From Macrostomum lignano (taxonomy: Eukaryota): DNA of 64,000 bases. Under the pieces are notes generated by a model. That model ran no database searches. It was not told the DNA's origin and saw only the letters and a list, made by a program, of their open reading frames with translations. The DNA lies in contig NIVC01003589.1 of the NCBI GenBank assembly GCA_002269645.1, forward strand, positions 25,357 through 89,356. Direction: 5' to 3'. This document shows positions 1 to 12,522 of the stretch, in pieces. Position 1 is the stretch's first letter, and every line of letters starts with the position of its first letter. The position numbers and the translations under genes were made by a program.

Positions 1-74
1 AAAAATAGAATGAGCTCGGGAGAGCGTAGAGCTAGTTGCGGAGGCTAGAGAAGCAGTGCAGAACTCAGATCACC

Positions 75-353
75 CACCTCAAAATTTGAAACCAGCGGTT
101 TCATTTTCAGAGGTGGCTGTTTGACTAGGAGAGCTTAGAGAGAGCTAGTTGCGAAGAGAGGCACCCAGAGGACAGGCTTGGAATGAGAGGCGGTGGGGCA
201 AGACGGGTGAGAGAAGGGCTGGCCTGAGAGTTGGTCTACCCAGACCCCCCGGCCCTCTCTGGGGGTTGGGAGGCTAGAAAAAGAAAGACACAAGCGTCTT
301 TAGGGGATCACCCACCTCAAAATTTGAAACCAGCGGTTTCATTTTCTGAGGTG
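75..353. repeat. Two copies (75-115, 313-353) of a 41-bp imperfect palindrome CACCTCAAAATTTGAAACC-AGC-GGTTTCATTTTCTGAGGTG
   Basis: Read directly; five more copies at 58863-59592. Confidence 0.9.
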
Positions 354-496
354 GCTGTTTGACTAGTTGTGGAGGCTAGAAAAAAAGATACATGCAGAAC
401 TGGGCGGGGTGTTCAGTGTGGTGGGACTGGGGAGAAAAAGCAGGCGCTCACCCAGAAACCTTTTATATTGTTGCAAAGTTTAGACCCTGCACATAC

Positions 497-802
497 GGGG
501 TTGTAGCCTAGTGGTTAGGGCGTCGGACTCACGACTTGAATGAAGGTTGGGGGTTCGATTCCCGATCCCCCTGCAACAATGTGTCTTTGAGCAAGGCACT
601 TTACTCCGCATTGCTTCAGTTCACCCAGCTGTAAAATGGGTACCAGCATTAGCTGGAGTAATTGAGGGTGTGTGTGGCGACCCCCAGTCCTTGGACTGAA
701 CAGCCGCACGCAGCCTTCAGATGCGCCGCGCAATAGCTGCGGCTGAGCTGTCGGTTGCACATCTGCCCATTGGGCAGGTGTAATCAATTATTATTATTAT
801 TT
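497..802 (+). mobile_element. tRNA-derived SINE with CORE-like domain
   Basis: A box TAGCCTAGTGG (504-514), B box GGTTCGATTCC (552-562). TTGAGCAAGGCACTTTAC...CAGTT...CTGTAAAATGGG resembles the MIR CORE domain. (ATT)n tail. Second copy at 59763. Confidence 0.8.
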
Positions 803-1127
803 ACCTAAGATAGGTATTCTGTCTTCTGCTGCATGCTCTGTTGTTGCCACGTTGCTTACCACATGAAAAACTATAATAAACTAATAAACTATATAGCGAC
901 TATAATCTGTCGCTTCAGTCCTTCAGTTGTTTATCAATGTAAACTGTTCAGCAGTCTTTCTAATTCGTTATTTGGCTGCGCAATACAAAGGAAAGAAAGG
1001 AAAGGAAAGGAAAGCACGCGTGGAACTTGTACATTCGAAAAAGCTGCGCTCCCTCAGCAAATAGCAGTTACCCCACCCCTTTTCAAAATGCAGCTGTTGC
1101 GCTTGGCTGCGAATAATCTTTCCCGAC

Positions 1128-1619
1128 TCAAGCGCCTCTCTCAACCCCCAGCTCTTTCAACAGTCTTCCCAATTCATTGTTTGGAGCACACAAAATAAAC
1201 CCTGCTCCCGTGCGTCCGCCCGTGCACCAGCCCTCTCTCATCGTACACCCGGCTTCAGCGTCAATTCCTAATCCCAACTTTGTCTTACTAAAAATAACAG
1301 CTTTAACTAGCTTCCGAGCGATCGACTCACGAAATCCGCTTGAAGCCCCTATATTGTCTAGTCTCTTAAGCATTTCTTTGTCCCACCGATTCTTCTCCTC
1401 AGGAAAATCTCTATACTTGATGTCATGCCACATGCAGACAGAGTCTAGCTCGTTCACAGGCTCATGCCCAGGATTTGGATTATTGTTTCCATCCAGCTGT
1501 ATTTCAAGTGGATTCAAAGGCCCGCAATATTTATAGCCGGGAATTGTCCAGCCTTTGTTTGGATGAGGAAGCTTTTCTATCAGTCCATGTAAATCTAACT
1601 TACCACCAGAGTGTTGCAT
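1128..1619 (-). CDS. Parvovirus-type phospholipase A2 domain protein (PLA2X-like), 163 aa
   Basis: GYKYCGP calcium-loop motif and PVNELDSVCMWHDIKY catalytic HD helix. Confidence 0.88.
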   Translation of the reverse strand: MQHSGGKLDLHGLIEKLPHPNKGWTIPGYKYCGPLNPLEIQLDGNNNPNPGHEPVNELDSVCMWHDIKYRDFPEEKNRWDKEMLKRLDNIGASSGFRESIARKLVKAVIFSKTKLGLGIDAEAGCTMREGWCTGGRTGAGFILCAPNNELGRLLKELGVERGA

Positions 1620-1649
1620 TATTTTATTTTAAATTTTATTTTAAAAAAA

Positions 1650-2689
1650 ATGACAGATCAGAAACTTAAAAAACTCTACTACAGCGACAAAGGATTCTTT
1701 GTAGGAAAAAATGCAGTCACCAAACTCGCAGAACCAAGCAAGGAACCAAAAGCTAGAGTAGAAAAGTGGCTCTCTAAGCAGGCTGTCTTTCAAGTCTATT
1801 TCCGACCAGTAAAATTTACAAGACCTCACTTTAGCATCTATAATTCTAATGAAGCGCACCAAGCAGATCTTTTGTTTCTCCCCAATGACTCGGGCTACAA
1901 GTATGCTCTCACAATTACAGACATTGCTTCCAGATATAAGGAAGCTCGCCCACTCAAGACGAAGAAGTCAGAGGTTGTTCCCAGCGCACTGCAAGATATT
2001 TATAAAAACTCACCCATTAGTTACCCTGAAATTTTTATGACCGACCCGGGTAAGGAATTCATGGGTGCAGTGAAATCCCTTATGGAAAAGCACAATACAG
2101 AGATTCGCTATGGCAGAACAAACTTGCACAGAGACCAAGCGTACGTTGAGAGATTCAATCTAACTCTAGCCAAGAGGCTATTCACTAAGCAGACAGCTAA
2201 AGAGCTGAAACTAAAAAAAGTGGTCAGTACTATTCAAAATGGACAGACCGGCTCCCCACTGTTATAGAGCAACTGAACAATGAAGTCACACGCATGACTG
2301 GATTGAAACCATCCCATGCAATTAAACAAGACACTGTCGAACTTAAGGCATCTCATAGAACAGACAACAACACGACAACCCCACACAACACACACAACAC
2401 AAAACACACCTCGAACTACCCTAAGCTTCCAGGAGTTGAATCACCATACATACTGACAAACTCTGAGTTTCTACGCTTTTTATATCTACCTGGAGAGCTA
2501 GAGAAGGACACCAAAAGAAGAGCTACAGATCCATACTTCAGCCTTGATGTGCATAAAATAGACAGACATTTTACCTCCGACTCCGGTGACTATTACTTTT
2601 TATCTCAGGCCTTTAACCCTAAATCCCCCACACGGTCATTCACTAGAGCTGAACTCCTAGTGATACCAGCTGACACGAAAATTAATTAA
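1650..2689 (+). pseudogene. INT: Retroviral-type (rve) integrase, frameshifted near 2220-2290
   Basis: HQADL, TDIASRY, TDPGKEF, YVERFN motifs; intact paralogue at 52935-53972. Confidence 0.92.
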
Positions 2690-2705
2690 AATATTAAAAT
2701 AAAAA

Positions 2706-3161
2706 ATGACAAAGATTGAAACCAGAACCATTCATAAACTCAATAAAATCATTGAATCAAAGAAACCAGGTCTTATATCAATTAAAGGTATCAAAGTAAA
2801 AATCGATCCCGTGCAGCAAATAGTTCAATGTAATGAGCAAAGACACAGCATCACAGATGAAAAGTCAGGAGGAATCCTACCATTAGCAGCTCTTATTCCG
2901 ATCATTGCAGGCGCTGTAAGTGCCGCAGGTGGTGTAGCTGGAGGTGTAGCAACTGCTGTTAAAGCTGGGAATGATAGAGCCCACCAGCTAGAATTGCAAA
3001 AGATTGCAAGAGATAAAGGTATAACAATTAAGGCAAGAGATGGTTGCCCGGATTTTGATGATTGTGATGATTGTGAGCATGAAAATTCTGTAAGCAAATC
3101 TGACATTGTCAAAGCCATCATGACACTGCACAATGCTGGGTTTACAATAATGCGGATGTGA
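2706..3161 (+). CDS. Small protein with adenovirus pX (pre-mu)-like hydrophobic segment
   Basis: SGG|ILPLAALIPIIAGAVSAAGG resembles the adenovirus pX segment GG|ILPLLIPLIAAAIGA. Confidence 0.65.
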   Translation: MTKIETRTIHKLNKIIESKKPGLISIKGIKVKIDPVQQIVQCNEQRHSITDEKSGGILPLAALIPIIAGAVSAAGGVAGGVATAVKAGNDRAHQLELQKIARDKGITIKARDGCPDFDDCDDCEHENSVSKSDIVKAIMTLHNAGFTIMRM

Positions 3162-3302
3162 ATGTGAATGCGGACATGATGAGGTTTAAAACCCCACTTT
3201 ATCCAGCTTCATAAACCTAGCGCTACTTATAGGATGTAGAAACAGTTCAACTTTTCTATCAGGGTGGTCACCCTCAAAATTTTTTTATATTTTAGAGAAA
3301 AA

Positions 3303-6300
3303 ATGCCAAAAGCCAATCCAGCAAAAGATTTAGTCAACAATTATTTTTCAAAAGGCGTCTCATTTCAAGACAAAAGTAATTTACTAAGAGAAGCATGTAA
3401 ACAAACGTTTAACACCGACCCTGGTCACCTGGGAAGCTATGAAAAACAGTTGGAAATCATCAATCAATTAGAATTCAACCAGTATGCGCCTATAAAAAGT
3501 CCTGCAAAGGAACACCAAGAAAGGAGTCGCAACTTAGTTAACAAATACGAAACTCTCACTGGTGAAAAAGCAAAGTACCCACAAAGTAAGCAGGAACAAG
3601 AGAAATTAGAGCAATTAATCCATTTAAAAGAGTCGGAGCTTGCCATTGAAGAGATTAATTTTGCACAGAGGAAGTTTACAGAACATTACATAGAGTACAC
3701 AATCCCAATTAAGGATACCACCGCAAAAATCTACGACTATGAAGACAGCATCCAATCAGTTGTTGATCACACACTCAAAACACGCAAGACCTTTAAACTA
3801 CAGATATCATTCAAGATTGCGTTTTATATGCCTGCAAAACCCACTGAGCATCTCGAGTATTACATGACAACAAAGGCAAAGCCATTCACCCCTACAGACA
3901 CACTGGATCCTTTCCTTCAAGATGTCAATAAGAAAATTGAAGCGTTTACATCCAGAGGTTCCGGATGGGTCGTAGGAGGGATTCAAAGAGCGACTGTCAT
4001 GGTCATGAAATATGACCCACTTAAAGCCTCCTCTTATATAGAGCTCCCGCATAAGCTAGCCGGCAAAAAAGCTTGCATAAATGTTAAAAATAAAGACAAT
4101 TGCTGTGCTCTATGGGCAGTTCTTTCTGCACTTCTTCATGATAGTGTCCTTCACCACCCCGAAAGAACCTCAAATTATCAAAATTATTTCAACCACTATC
4201 TCATCGAATGCGAAAAGAAGGGAATCAGGTTTGACAAAGGAGGCTTGGCGATTTCTCAGATCCCTAAGCTAGAAGAAGTGTTTAATAACAAAATTAGAAT
4301 CACAGTCTTTGAGTGGAGTGAAAAAACTGAGAAAGTTCAACCGGTCAGATGTAGCAAAGACATTTTAGATCCTGAGGGGAAAAGGCAGACTGAATTGGAT
4401 CTTCTAGTGATTGGTAATTTACTAGAGAAGGCTCACTATGTTTGGATTAAAGATCTTTCAAGACTCATACACAAGCAGTTAAATAATCATCACGAGGCTG
4501 TTGCCATCTGCCGCTTGTGCCTTAAGCATTACAGTGGACCTGAACGCTTTGAAAAACTAGCAGAGCATGAATTATCATGAGAGGATCACCCGACAAACTG
4601 CTCTCTTCCTTCAGCTGAAGAGAAATATCTCCGGTTTAAGAACTATCACAAGATGGAAAAGCTCCCATTTGTTTTATATGCTGATTTCGAATGCTCAATC
4701 GTGCCGGAAACACAAAAACAAACTCAAACATGTCCCCAATTCAGTAGCATATGCCTTTATTAATACAAAAGGACTTGTTGAGTATAATTATTTCTTTGGA
4801 GAGCAGTGTGTGGAGCAGTTTATGTCCAGAATGTTAGAGTTGCAAAAAGTGATTAGCACCCTTCAACCTGTTCCAATAATGATGACTGAGGAGGATGAAA
4901 GCAATTTCCCATCACCAACTCATTGCCACATCTGCAGGAAACAGTTAACTTGCACTAATATTAAAAACCCCACCGTTAGGGACCACTGCCACTTTACTGG
5001 GAAATTTAGAGGTGCAGCGCATAACACCTGTAATCTAAAGCTAAAATCGAACATTCATGATCTAACGATATTTTGTCACAACGCAAAGAACTATGACATG
5101 CATTTAATAGTTGAAAAAATCGGCATGATTCCAGACATACACCTTGATTGCATCGCAGAGAACAAGGAGAAGTTTAAGTGTGTTGATATTTAACAGGATA
5201 ATTTAGGTAAAGGTAAAATAAGACTGAAGGATTCATATCAATTTCTAGCTGCCAGTCTAGACGAACTAAGCAAGAATCTAAAAGATGAACAATGCAAGTA
5301 AAATTAACAACACTGATGAATCATTTAAACTTTTAAGAAAGAAAGGCTTCTACCCCTATGAGAATATTACTGGGTATCACGTATTTGAAGAAGGTTTACC
5401 ACCACAGGAGAAGTTCTTTTCAAAGCTAACAGACTCTGGAATCTTTGACAAAGACTATGAGCACGCGAAGCATGTCTATAATTACTTTAATTGTCAAAAC
5501 TTCTTCCAGTATCACCTGTTTCTACTGGCTGATGTGTTTGAAACCTTCAGATACACCTGGTACACAGCATATGGCCTCGATCCAGCACATTATATGTCTC
5601 TGCCTGCCACTAGCTGGGAATCTTTGCTTAAAATGAAATGGGATCAAGATCCAGATTGTTACATTGAACTTCTTACAGACATTGACATGTACAATTTTGT
5701 CGAATCGTCAAAGCGAGGGGGGATCTCAATTTGCACCCATGGATATGCAAAAGCAAACAATCCCTACATTGAATCTTACAATAAGGAGCAGCCCTCAAAC
5801 TACATTACTTATTTGGACGCTAATAATCTCTACGGGTGGGCGATGAGTCAAGATCTTCCAGTTAGAGATTTTCGATGGCTACCCTCATCAGAATTCAAAT
5901 GGGACTTTTCATTGGCTGCCATTTATGAAGTTGATGTTTACATTCCACCAGAGCTTCACGACTATTTCTCTGACTTTCCACCCTTCCCAGAGAACATCAA
6001 GTGCCCGAAAATAATCGAAACTCCCAATGGAACTTGGCACCTGTCAGGAACAGAAAAAGAACATACAGAGAAACTAACACAGAATCTAAACAACAAGACA
6101 CGTTACAAAATCCATTACAAACTGCTTCAGTATTTTATCTCACTTGGTTGCAGGGTCACCAAAGTTCACCGGGCTCTTACATTTACAGAGGAAGCGTGGA
6201 TGAAACCCTACATTGATAAGAACACCCAGTTTAGGACCAAAGCAACCAACGACTTTGACAAGAACCTCTTTAAGTTGGCCAACAACTCTGTCTATGGCAA

Positions 6301-7085
6301 GACTCTTGAGAATGAGCGGAAAAGAACAAACCTGAAACTTGTTACCTCATCAGAGCCTGATGTTATTCAGGCAAATATGTCAAAGCCAACATTCAAAGAA
6401 CTCCATATCTTTAATAGCTACTTAGGTGTGATCATATTTTACAAAACCAAGGTGACGCTGCGCAAGCCGATCTATACAGGTGTCACTGTTCTCGACGAAT
6501 CAAAACGTCTGATGTACCAGTTCTTCTATGGCATGAAGCAGCAGTACAAGGATAAAATGAAACTCTTGTACACCGACACAGACAGTTTTATTATGGACAT
6601 TCAAACAGAAGACATTTATCAGGACATGCTGCAGCAAAAAGAGTTGTTTGACTTGTCTGAGTATGATGAATATTGCAGGACACAGAATGGCGATCAAGTG
6701 TTTGACGCCACTAACAAGAAAGTGATTGGGAAAATGAAGGACGAGATTGCTGGTGACAGTCACTGAATTCATTGGGTTGAGAGCAAAGTCCTATTTTGTA
6801 AAATGTGAGTCGTCAGACCCAATTAAAAAATCAAAGGGAATTCCGAAACGTGTGGTTAGGAAGGAAATTAATGAAGCTGAATACAGAGACGCCTTGAATT
6901 GCAACAAAAAGACATCACATGAGTTCTCAAAGCTACAATCTAAAAACCATATTATTCACACAATTCAGCAAAAGAAGATTGGGCTATCAGGTGCAGATAA
7001 CAAGAGATTCATTTTTGATGAAAACATTAACAGTCTACCGTTCGGGCACTGGAGATTAGGTTTAGGAGGTGGAGATTGGGTTTAG
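3303..7085 (+). pseudogene. pPolB: Protein-primed family B DNA polymerase, several frameshifts and stops
   Basis: SGW and KACINVKNKDNCCALWAVL N-terminal motifs; HNAKNYD exonuclease; YLDANNLYGWAM (A), KLANNSVYGKT (B), YTDTDS (C); GLRAKSY. Confidence 0.96.
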
Positions 7086-7148
7086 GAAATGGATATTGGG
7101 TTTAGGTTTAAGAGAAAGTTTAATAAACCTCATAAAAATGACATAAAA

Positions 7149-7517
7149 ATGACGACAAACAACTTTCTTGAAGATTTGGCTAACGAACTGGAAATCCCAA
7201 ACTTTAGAGGAATATTTATGAGGGACACTCTGCCTGATTTTCCTCTAAGAAAATAATGCGGCATCATGAACTTTGACACCACCGATAAGCCAGGATCTCA
7301 TTGGGTTTGCTGGGTGATTGATCGCGATCGCAAGCACAAGTGTTATTATCAATACTTCGATAGCTATGGGACGGCATTACCAGAAGAGCTAAGAAGTTTT
7401 ATGAAGGGAATAAAGAATAAAAATATCTATCGCTCAGACTTTATTCTCCAAGGTCTTAGCAGTGATATTTGCGGTGAGCTGTGCATGACTGTTTTGTATG
7501 CAATGACCAAAACATGA
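7149..7517 (+). pseudogene. PRO: Adenain-like cysteine protease with in-frame stop at 7254
   Basis: GSHWV, YFDSYG, LQGLSSDICG (His/Asp/Gln/Cys); TAA at 7254 where copy D has GAA. Confidence 0.9.
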
Positions 7518-7560
7518 AAGACCTACAAGGAAATTATTCTTGGCTGTGTTTCATAGGGGT

Positions 7561-8229
7561 TCATTGTGCATTTCTCGCCGTCCTTCTTGCCGAATTTCTT
7601 GCCGAATTTCTTTCCGTATAATGTTGAAAAACTTTCTCGAGTTCATTTTTCAGCTGACTCATGTCATCAGTACCGACCATGTTCAAGTTCATTCGAATTG
7701 ATTGTTCATAAAGATCCTGAATGGTTTTGAACTCATCCTCTGAAATGAACTTATCCTCGATTGCCCTTGAAATGTACCCTATGATTGAAGTGTGCACCCC
7801 TTTCTCTTTTACTTGCTTCTCCTGTAGCTGCTTTAGTTTTTTTCGCCTGTTTCGCGCTAATGCTCCAGTAATTGTTAAAATAAGTCCACATGCAGCACCT
7901 ACTGAACCAAGTGGAATTGCGATTGGGACTGTGATGGCTGGCAACACTGAGACAGCTGCAGCAGACCCAGTTAGAACAGACACAGATCCTAGAATCATAT
8001 TGCTGTAGTCGAAAAATTTACAGTGGTTGTCATAGCGCTTAATTTTCTTTGTGTTGTGGAAAATATTTTTTTCAAGATCATCACGCATTTTTTGAATCTC
8101 CACCAGTCGAAACTGCTGAGAGTTACAAGTAATGACGGGGTAGAGTTTTTGTTGCTCATATTGGGGTGCACTAGGTGCACTAGGTGTTGTGGGAGCGTTC
8201 GGATCATAAAGAGAATTTTGAGCATCCAT
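7561..8229 (-). CDS. Conserved Polinton membrane protein (adintovirus gasderminX-like), 222 aa
   Basis: FRLVEIQK helix, central hydrophobic hairpin (ILGSVSVLTG...PLGSVGAACGLIL), basic patch and ISEDEF motif, recalled from adintovirus accessory genes. Confidence 0.65.
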   Translation of the reverse strand: MDAQNSLYDPNAPTTPSAPSAPQYEQQKLYPVITCNSQQFRLVEIQKMRDDLEKNIFHNTKKIKRYDNHCKFFDYSNMILGSVSVLTGSAAAVSVLPAITVPIAIPLGSVGAACGLILTITGALARNRRKKLKQLQEKQVKEKGVHTSIIGYISRAIEDKFISEDEFKTIQDLYEQSIRMNLNMVGTDDMSQLKNELEKVFQHYTERNSARNSARRTARNAQ

Positions 8230-8405
8230 TTTTTTAAAGGAAATTTTTTAAAAAATAATCGACTACTAGTTGGTAGTGTTAGATTTGTTTTACGGTTGAT
8301 TGTTTCGTCTGCAGTCACGGCAACGGGTCTCTTCGAATCTGCCTATTCATTGTCTGTGAGCTCCATTCTACGTCTGATCTCAAACAAGTCGGTTGGATCA
8401 CTTAT

Positions 8406-9671
<1,266 letters not shown>

Positions 9672-9684
9672 TTTTAAATAAACA

Positions 9685-10485
9685 TTAAAGTAAAATTCTT
9701 TTCTCCTTATTAATCATAACAAACTGATAGGGTTGGTTCCACTTTTCATAGCATATGTTAACAAATTCCTCCTGTGATATTGTTCTGTTAGAGTTCTTAG
9801 CTGGATATGTAATGTGAGCTGGGGCAATGACCTCATTATAAAATCGTTTCAGTCGATCCTGTGGTATGGTTGGGAAAAGGAGAATCAAATTACAGTTACC
9901 TCTAATTGTTTTATTTGGCAGTTCAAACCAGTTTTGGGCAATCTAAATAACATTGCAGTTATTGTGTCTACCCCGGGTGAAATAATTTTCTATCTGTTTC
10001 TGGGGACCGGTCATGCAGTCATCAAAGACAATCAGGTGCTTTCTCCCCTTTTCTAGTTCATCAGGTTGAGGTAAGAGTTTAGTTTTAGGATCTATCTGTG
10101 GATCTCCATAAGTGAAAACTTTAATGTTTTGCCATTTTTCATTGTCTGGGATGTGCTTTGCGTATTCAGTAGCTAAAAATTCCGGGTTGCTGTTGAGGTC
10201 TTTTTGATGTCTAAAACATTGAATAATATCTTCCTTGTTGAGTTTGTTCTGTAGGCCCGCTACTAGCATTTTATACTCATCTTGATACAGAGTGGGTGAA
10301 TAGATATGTAGTGTGTCATAATCGAGGAATCCAGGTCTGAGGAGCATGTTAAAAACTCTGAAGGTTTTCCCTGACCCAGATGAGCCAACAACAATGCATC
10401 GGATGTGCCCTGGAATTATCTCGTTGTGAGCAAATTTTATCTGATTGCGTGTCCAGTGGGGATGAAAGTCGTTTGCGAAGTCCAT
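9685..10485 (-). pseudogene. ATP: A32/FtsK-like DNA packaging ATPase, frameshifted near 9900-9943
   Basis: Walker A GSSGSGKT, Walker B LIVFDD, TRGRH motif; C-terminal part in ORF 9685-9888. Confidence 0.9.
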
Positions 10486-10683
10486 TTTTTATGTAAAAAA
10501 AAACTTTTTCTTTTTAAACTTGTGTATTTAAGACGCGTGTGTCTTTTTTCGGGATGTGTATGTGTGTGTCTCTTTGTGGGATGTGTGTGTCTTTTTTCGG
10601 GTTGTGTGTGTCTTTTTTCTACTAGTCCTACATCCGACTAGTCCTGCACCCTCACACCTCTTTTACCGTCAGGGTGCACCAAA

Positions 10684-11064
10684 TTAGTCAAATTTAAAAC
10701 CGCCTCCTTTCTTATATTCAGCTCTCATCTTTGCGTAGATGGCTGGATCGACACTATCTGCACTCGGTGCAAGGGGTTGAATATCTGGTATTGATTTCCG
10801 GGTTTCATTAACCGTATCTTTAGTCTTCTTGGCTGCTGTGGCTACACTGCCAGCCGCTTCGGCAACGTTCTTGATGTTCTCTTTGTTCTCTCCAATGACC
10901 TTAAAAATCTTGGCCCCCTGAGCGATCAAATCGGCAAGGCCATTCCCAGAGCGTTCTTTTCTTGGATAGTGGCCTGCAGGGAAAAGTCCAGATCCGCGTT
11001 TAATGAGATTAAGTTCCTCTTTGTCATAGTATTTGTCAATGTCTTTTTCGAAAATAATTGGCAT
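10684..11064 (-). CDS. Small Polinton ORF (126 aa from MPIIF), possible core or protease substrate
   Basis: RGSGL, SGNGL and GGGF glycine motifs and an amphipathic helix; ATG at 11064 in AT-rich context. Confidence 0.5.
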   Translation of the reverse strand: MPIIFEKDIDKYYDKEELNLIKRGSGLFPAGHYPRKERSGNGLADLIAQGAKIFKVIGENKENIKNVAEAAGSVATAAKKTKDTVNETRKSIPDIQPLAPSADSVDPAIYAKMRAEYKKGGGFKFD

Positions 11065-11099
11065 CTTTTTAAATAGAAATTTATTTTTTGTTGAACCGC

Positions 11100-11635
11100 G
11101 AAAGCAGAAGCTCTCTCGCCCTCTTATCGATAAGAAGGACATTGATGTTGCATACACAGCCTACATGTGTCGAGATGAGCGAAACGAAACTAGAACAAAC
11201 ATCTGCATTAAAGAGGGATCATGCAGCAATCCAAGGTATATTATCATTAACATGAGAAACCCAAATAGAATTATACGCTACATGCATGGAGACGTGCGGT
11301 CCATTCAGCATGAAATCAGTGATAATCTTTACCCTGCACTGCCACAAAATGGAGATTTCAGTCAGAACAAGATTAGCAAATTTTACAGCGAGTTGGTCGA
11401 CTTGGCTGTGAAAGAGAACAATGGAATTGCTATCACTGCTCTTCAATATGGAACTCTATATCCGATGTTTGGCGCTGATGTGTCTGCCAGACAAATGCCT
11501 ACTGATAACAGCCCTGTGAATATCGTGACTAACATTGAAAGGACTGCCGCAACACCCGTGGACCTGTACATTGTCTATGCATTTGAGAGGAAGGTGAAGC
11601 TTAACATGATCAACAATTCATCCAGTAAAGTTTAA
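11100..11635 (+). pseudogene. PY: Major capsid protein, C-terminal part only
   Basis: NPRYIII, YPALPQNGDFSQN..FY, LYPMFGADVS, YIVYAFERKV match the second jelly roll of Polinton MCPs. Lies directly upstream of penton; N-terminal half absent. Confidence 0.72.
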
Positions 11636-11654
11636 ATATTTTTTAGGACAAAAA

Positions 11655-12518
11655 ATGGAAGCTATAGCCGAAAGACTAAACAACATTGTTTCACACTCTA
11701 AGGAGAGCATTCCTATTACAATAACCGGGCGAATTAATGACTCAAACGGGATGTTTGTTGAAAAATTAGAGCAGGCGATTCGCCTGGATCCAGGTGCTAA
11801 TTACCATGTCTATCTTAACGACTTCACTGGTTGGTCAAACGTTCCCAATGTGACGGCAGCAAATAATAAGTTTTATTACAAATGGAAAGGTGCAGCAGCA
11901 GACCCTGTGGTATTCCATGTGAGCACGCAGAGTGTTGATACCTACAATTACTTTCTAGAAAATGTCTTTACTAAAAGAGGCCATTTTGAGACACCTGATG
12001 CGAGTAAGCCAGAGAAGAAACTGTTCCCTGTCAAACTAACCTATGATCTCACTGTAATGAGAGTGGTCATGCAAGTTCACAAAGATGCGGAGGTTGAGTT
12101 TAAAGATGACACTTGGTATAGGGAATTACGATTCGAGAAGAAAGTTTATAAGGCAGAATCCGCGGCGCGGATCGCCACTCAAGCATCAGGGACCGTTAAA
12201 ATGGTCCGGGAAAGTGTAAGCGGTTTGTTCTTAGCACCCAATATTGAAGACATTGTAAAGGGTTTGAATATTCTAATCAGAAGCAATCTCAGTCTTGATT
12301 GGGTATTTAAGGGAAAGCGAACGAATATTTTGTACAACATCTCCAACTCTGTTGCTGGAGGACAGATTGTGGTAGAGAAACCAAATCCGGTGAAAAGAGT
12401 TGTATTGAGTAATAAGGAGATTCACGAGATTGTGCTACAGTTTGAGACTGAAGATGGGGTAGGTGTTGATTTCAACGGTGAAGATTTTGTATTGACGTTA
12501 ATCATTGAGAGAATGTGA
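11655..12518 (+). CDS. PX: Minor capsid protein (penton, single jelly roll), 287 aa, intact
   Basis: AIRLDP...YHVYL...NVPNV...NNKFYY start; GQIVVEKPN...TEDGVGVDFNGEDFVLTLIIE end. Confidence 0.85.
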   Translation: MEAIAERLNNIVSHSKESIPITITGRINDSNGMFVEKLEQAIRLDPGANYHVYLNDFTGWSNVPNVTAANNKFYYKWKGAAADPVVFHVSTQSVDTYNYFLENVFTKRGHFETPDASKPEKKLFPVKLTYDLTVMRVVMQVHKDAEVEFKDDTWYRELRFEKKVYKAESAARIATQASGTVKMVRESVSGLFLAPNIEDIVKGLNILIRSNLSLDWVFKGKRTNILYNISNSVAGGQIVVEKPNPVKRVVLSNKEIHEIVLQFETEDGVGVDFNGEDFVLTLIIERM

Positions 12519-12522
12519 GAAA

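Noticed and set aside
497-575. Functional tRNA gene
   Set aside because: A and B boxes are present but the cloverleaf is poor and it continues into a CORE-like body and (ATT)n tail, so it is a SINE head.
833-1198. 121-aa ORF next to the SINE (also 60032-60325)
   Set aside because: Frame differs between copies A and F and there are no recognisable motifs.
7058-7112. Interstitial telomere
   Set aside because: Short, degenerate and present at the same position in two element copies.
10405-10641. 78-aa Cys/Val-rich ORF
   Set aside because: Translation of a (GT)-rich low-complexity spacer.
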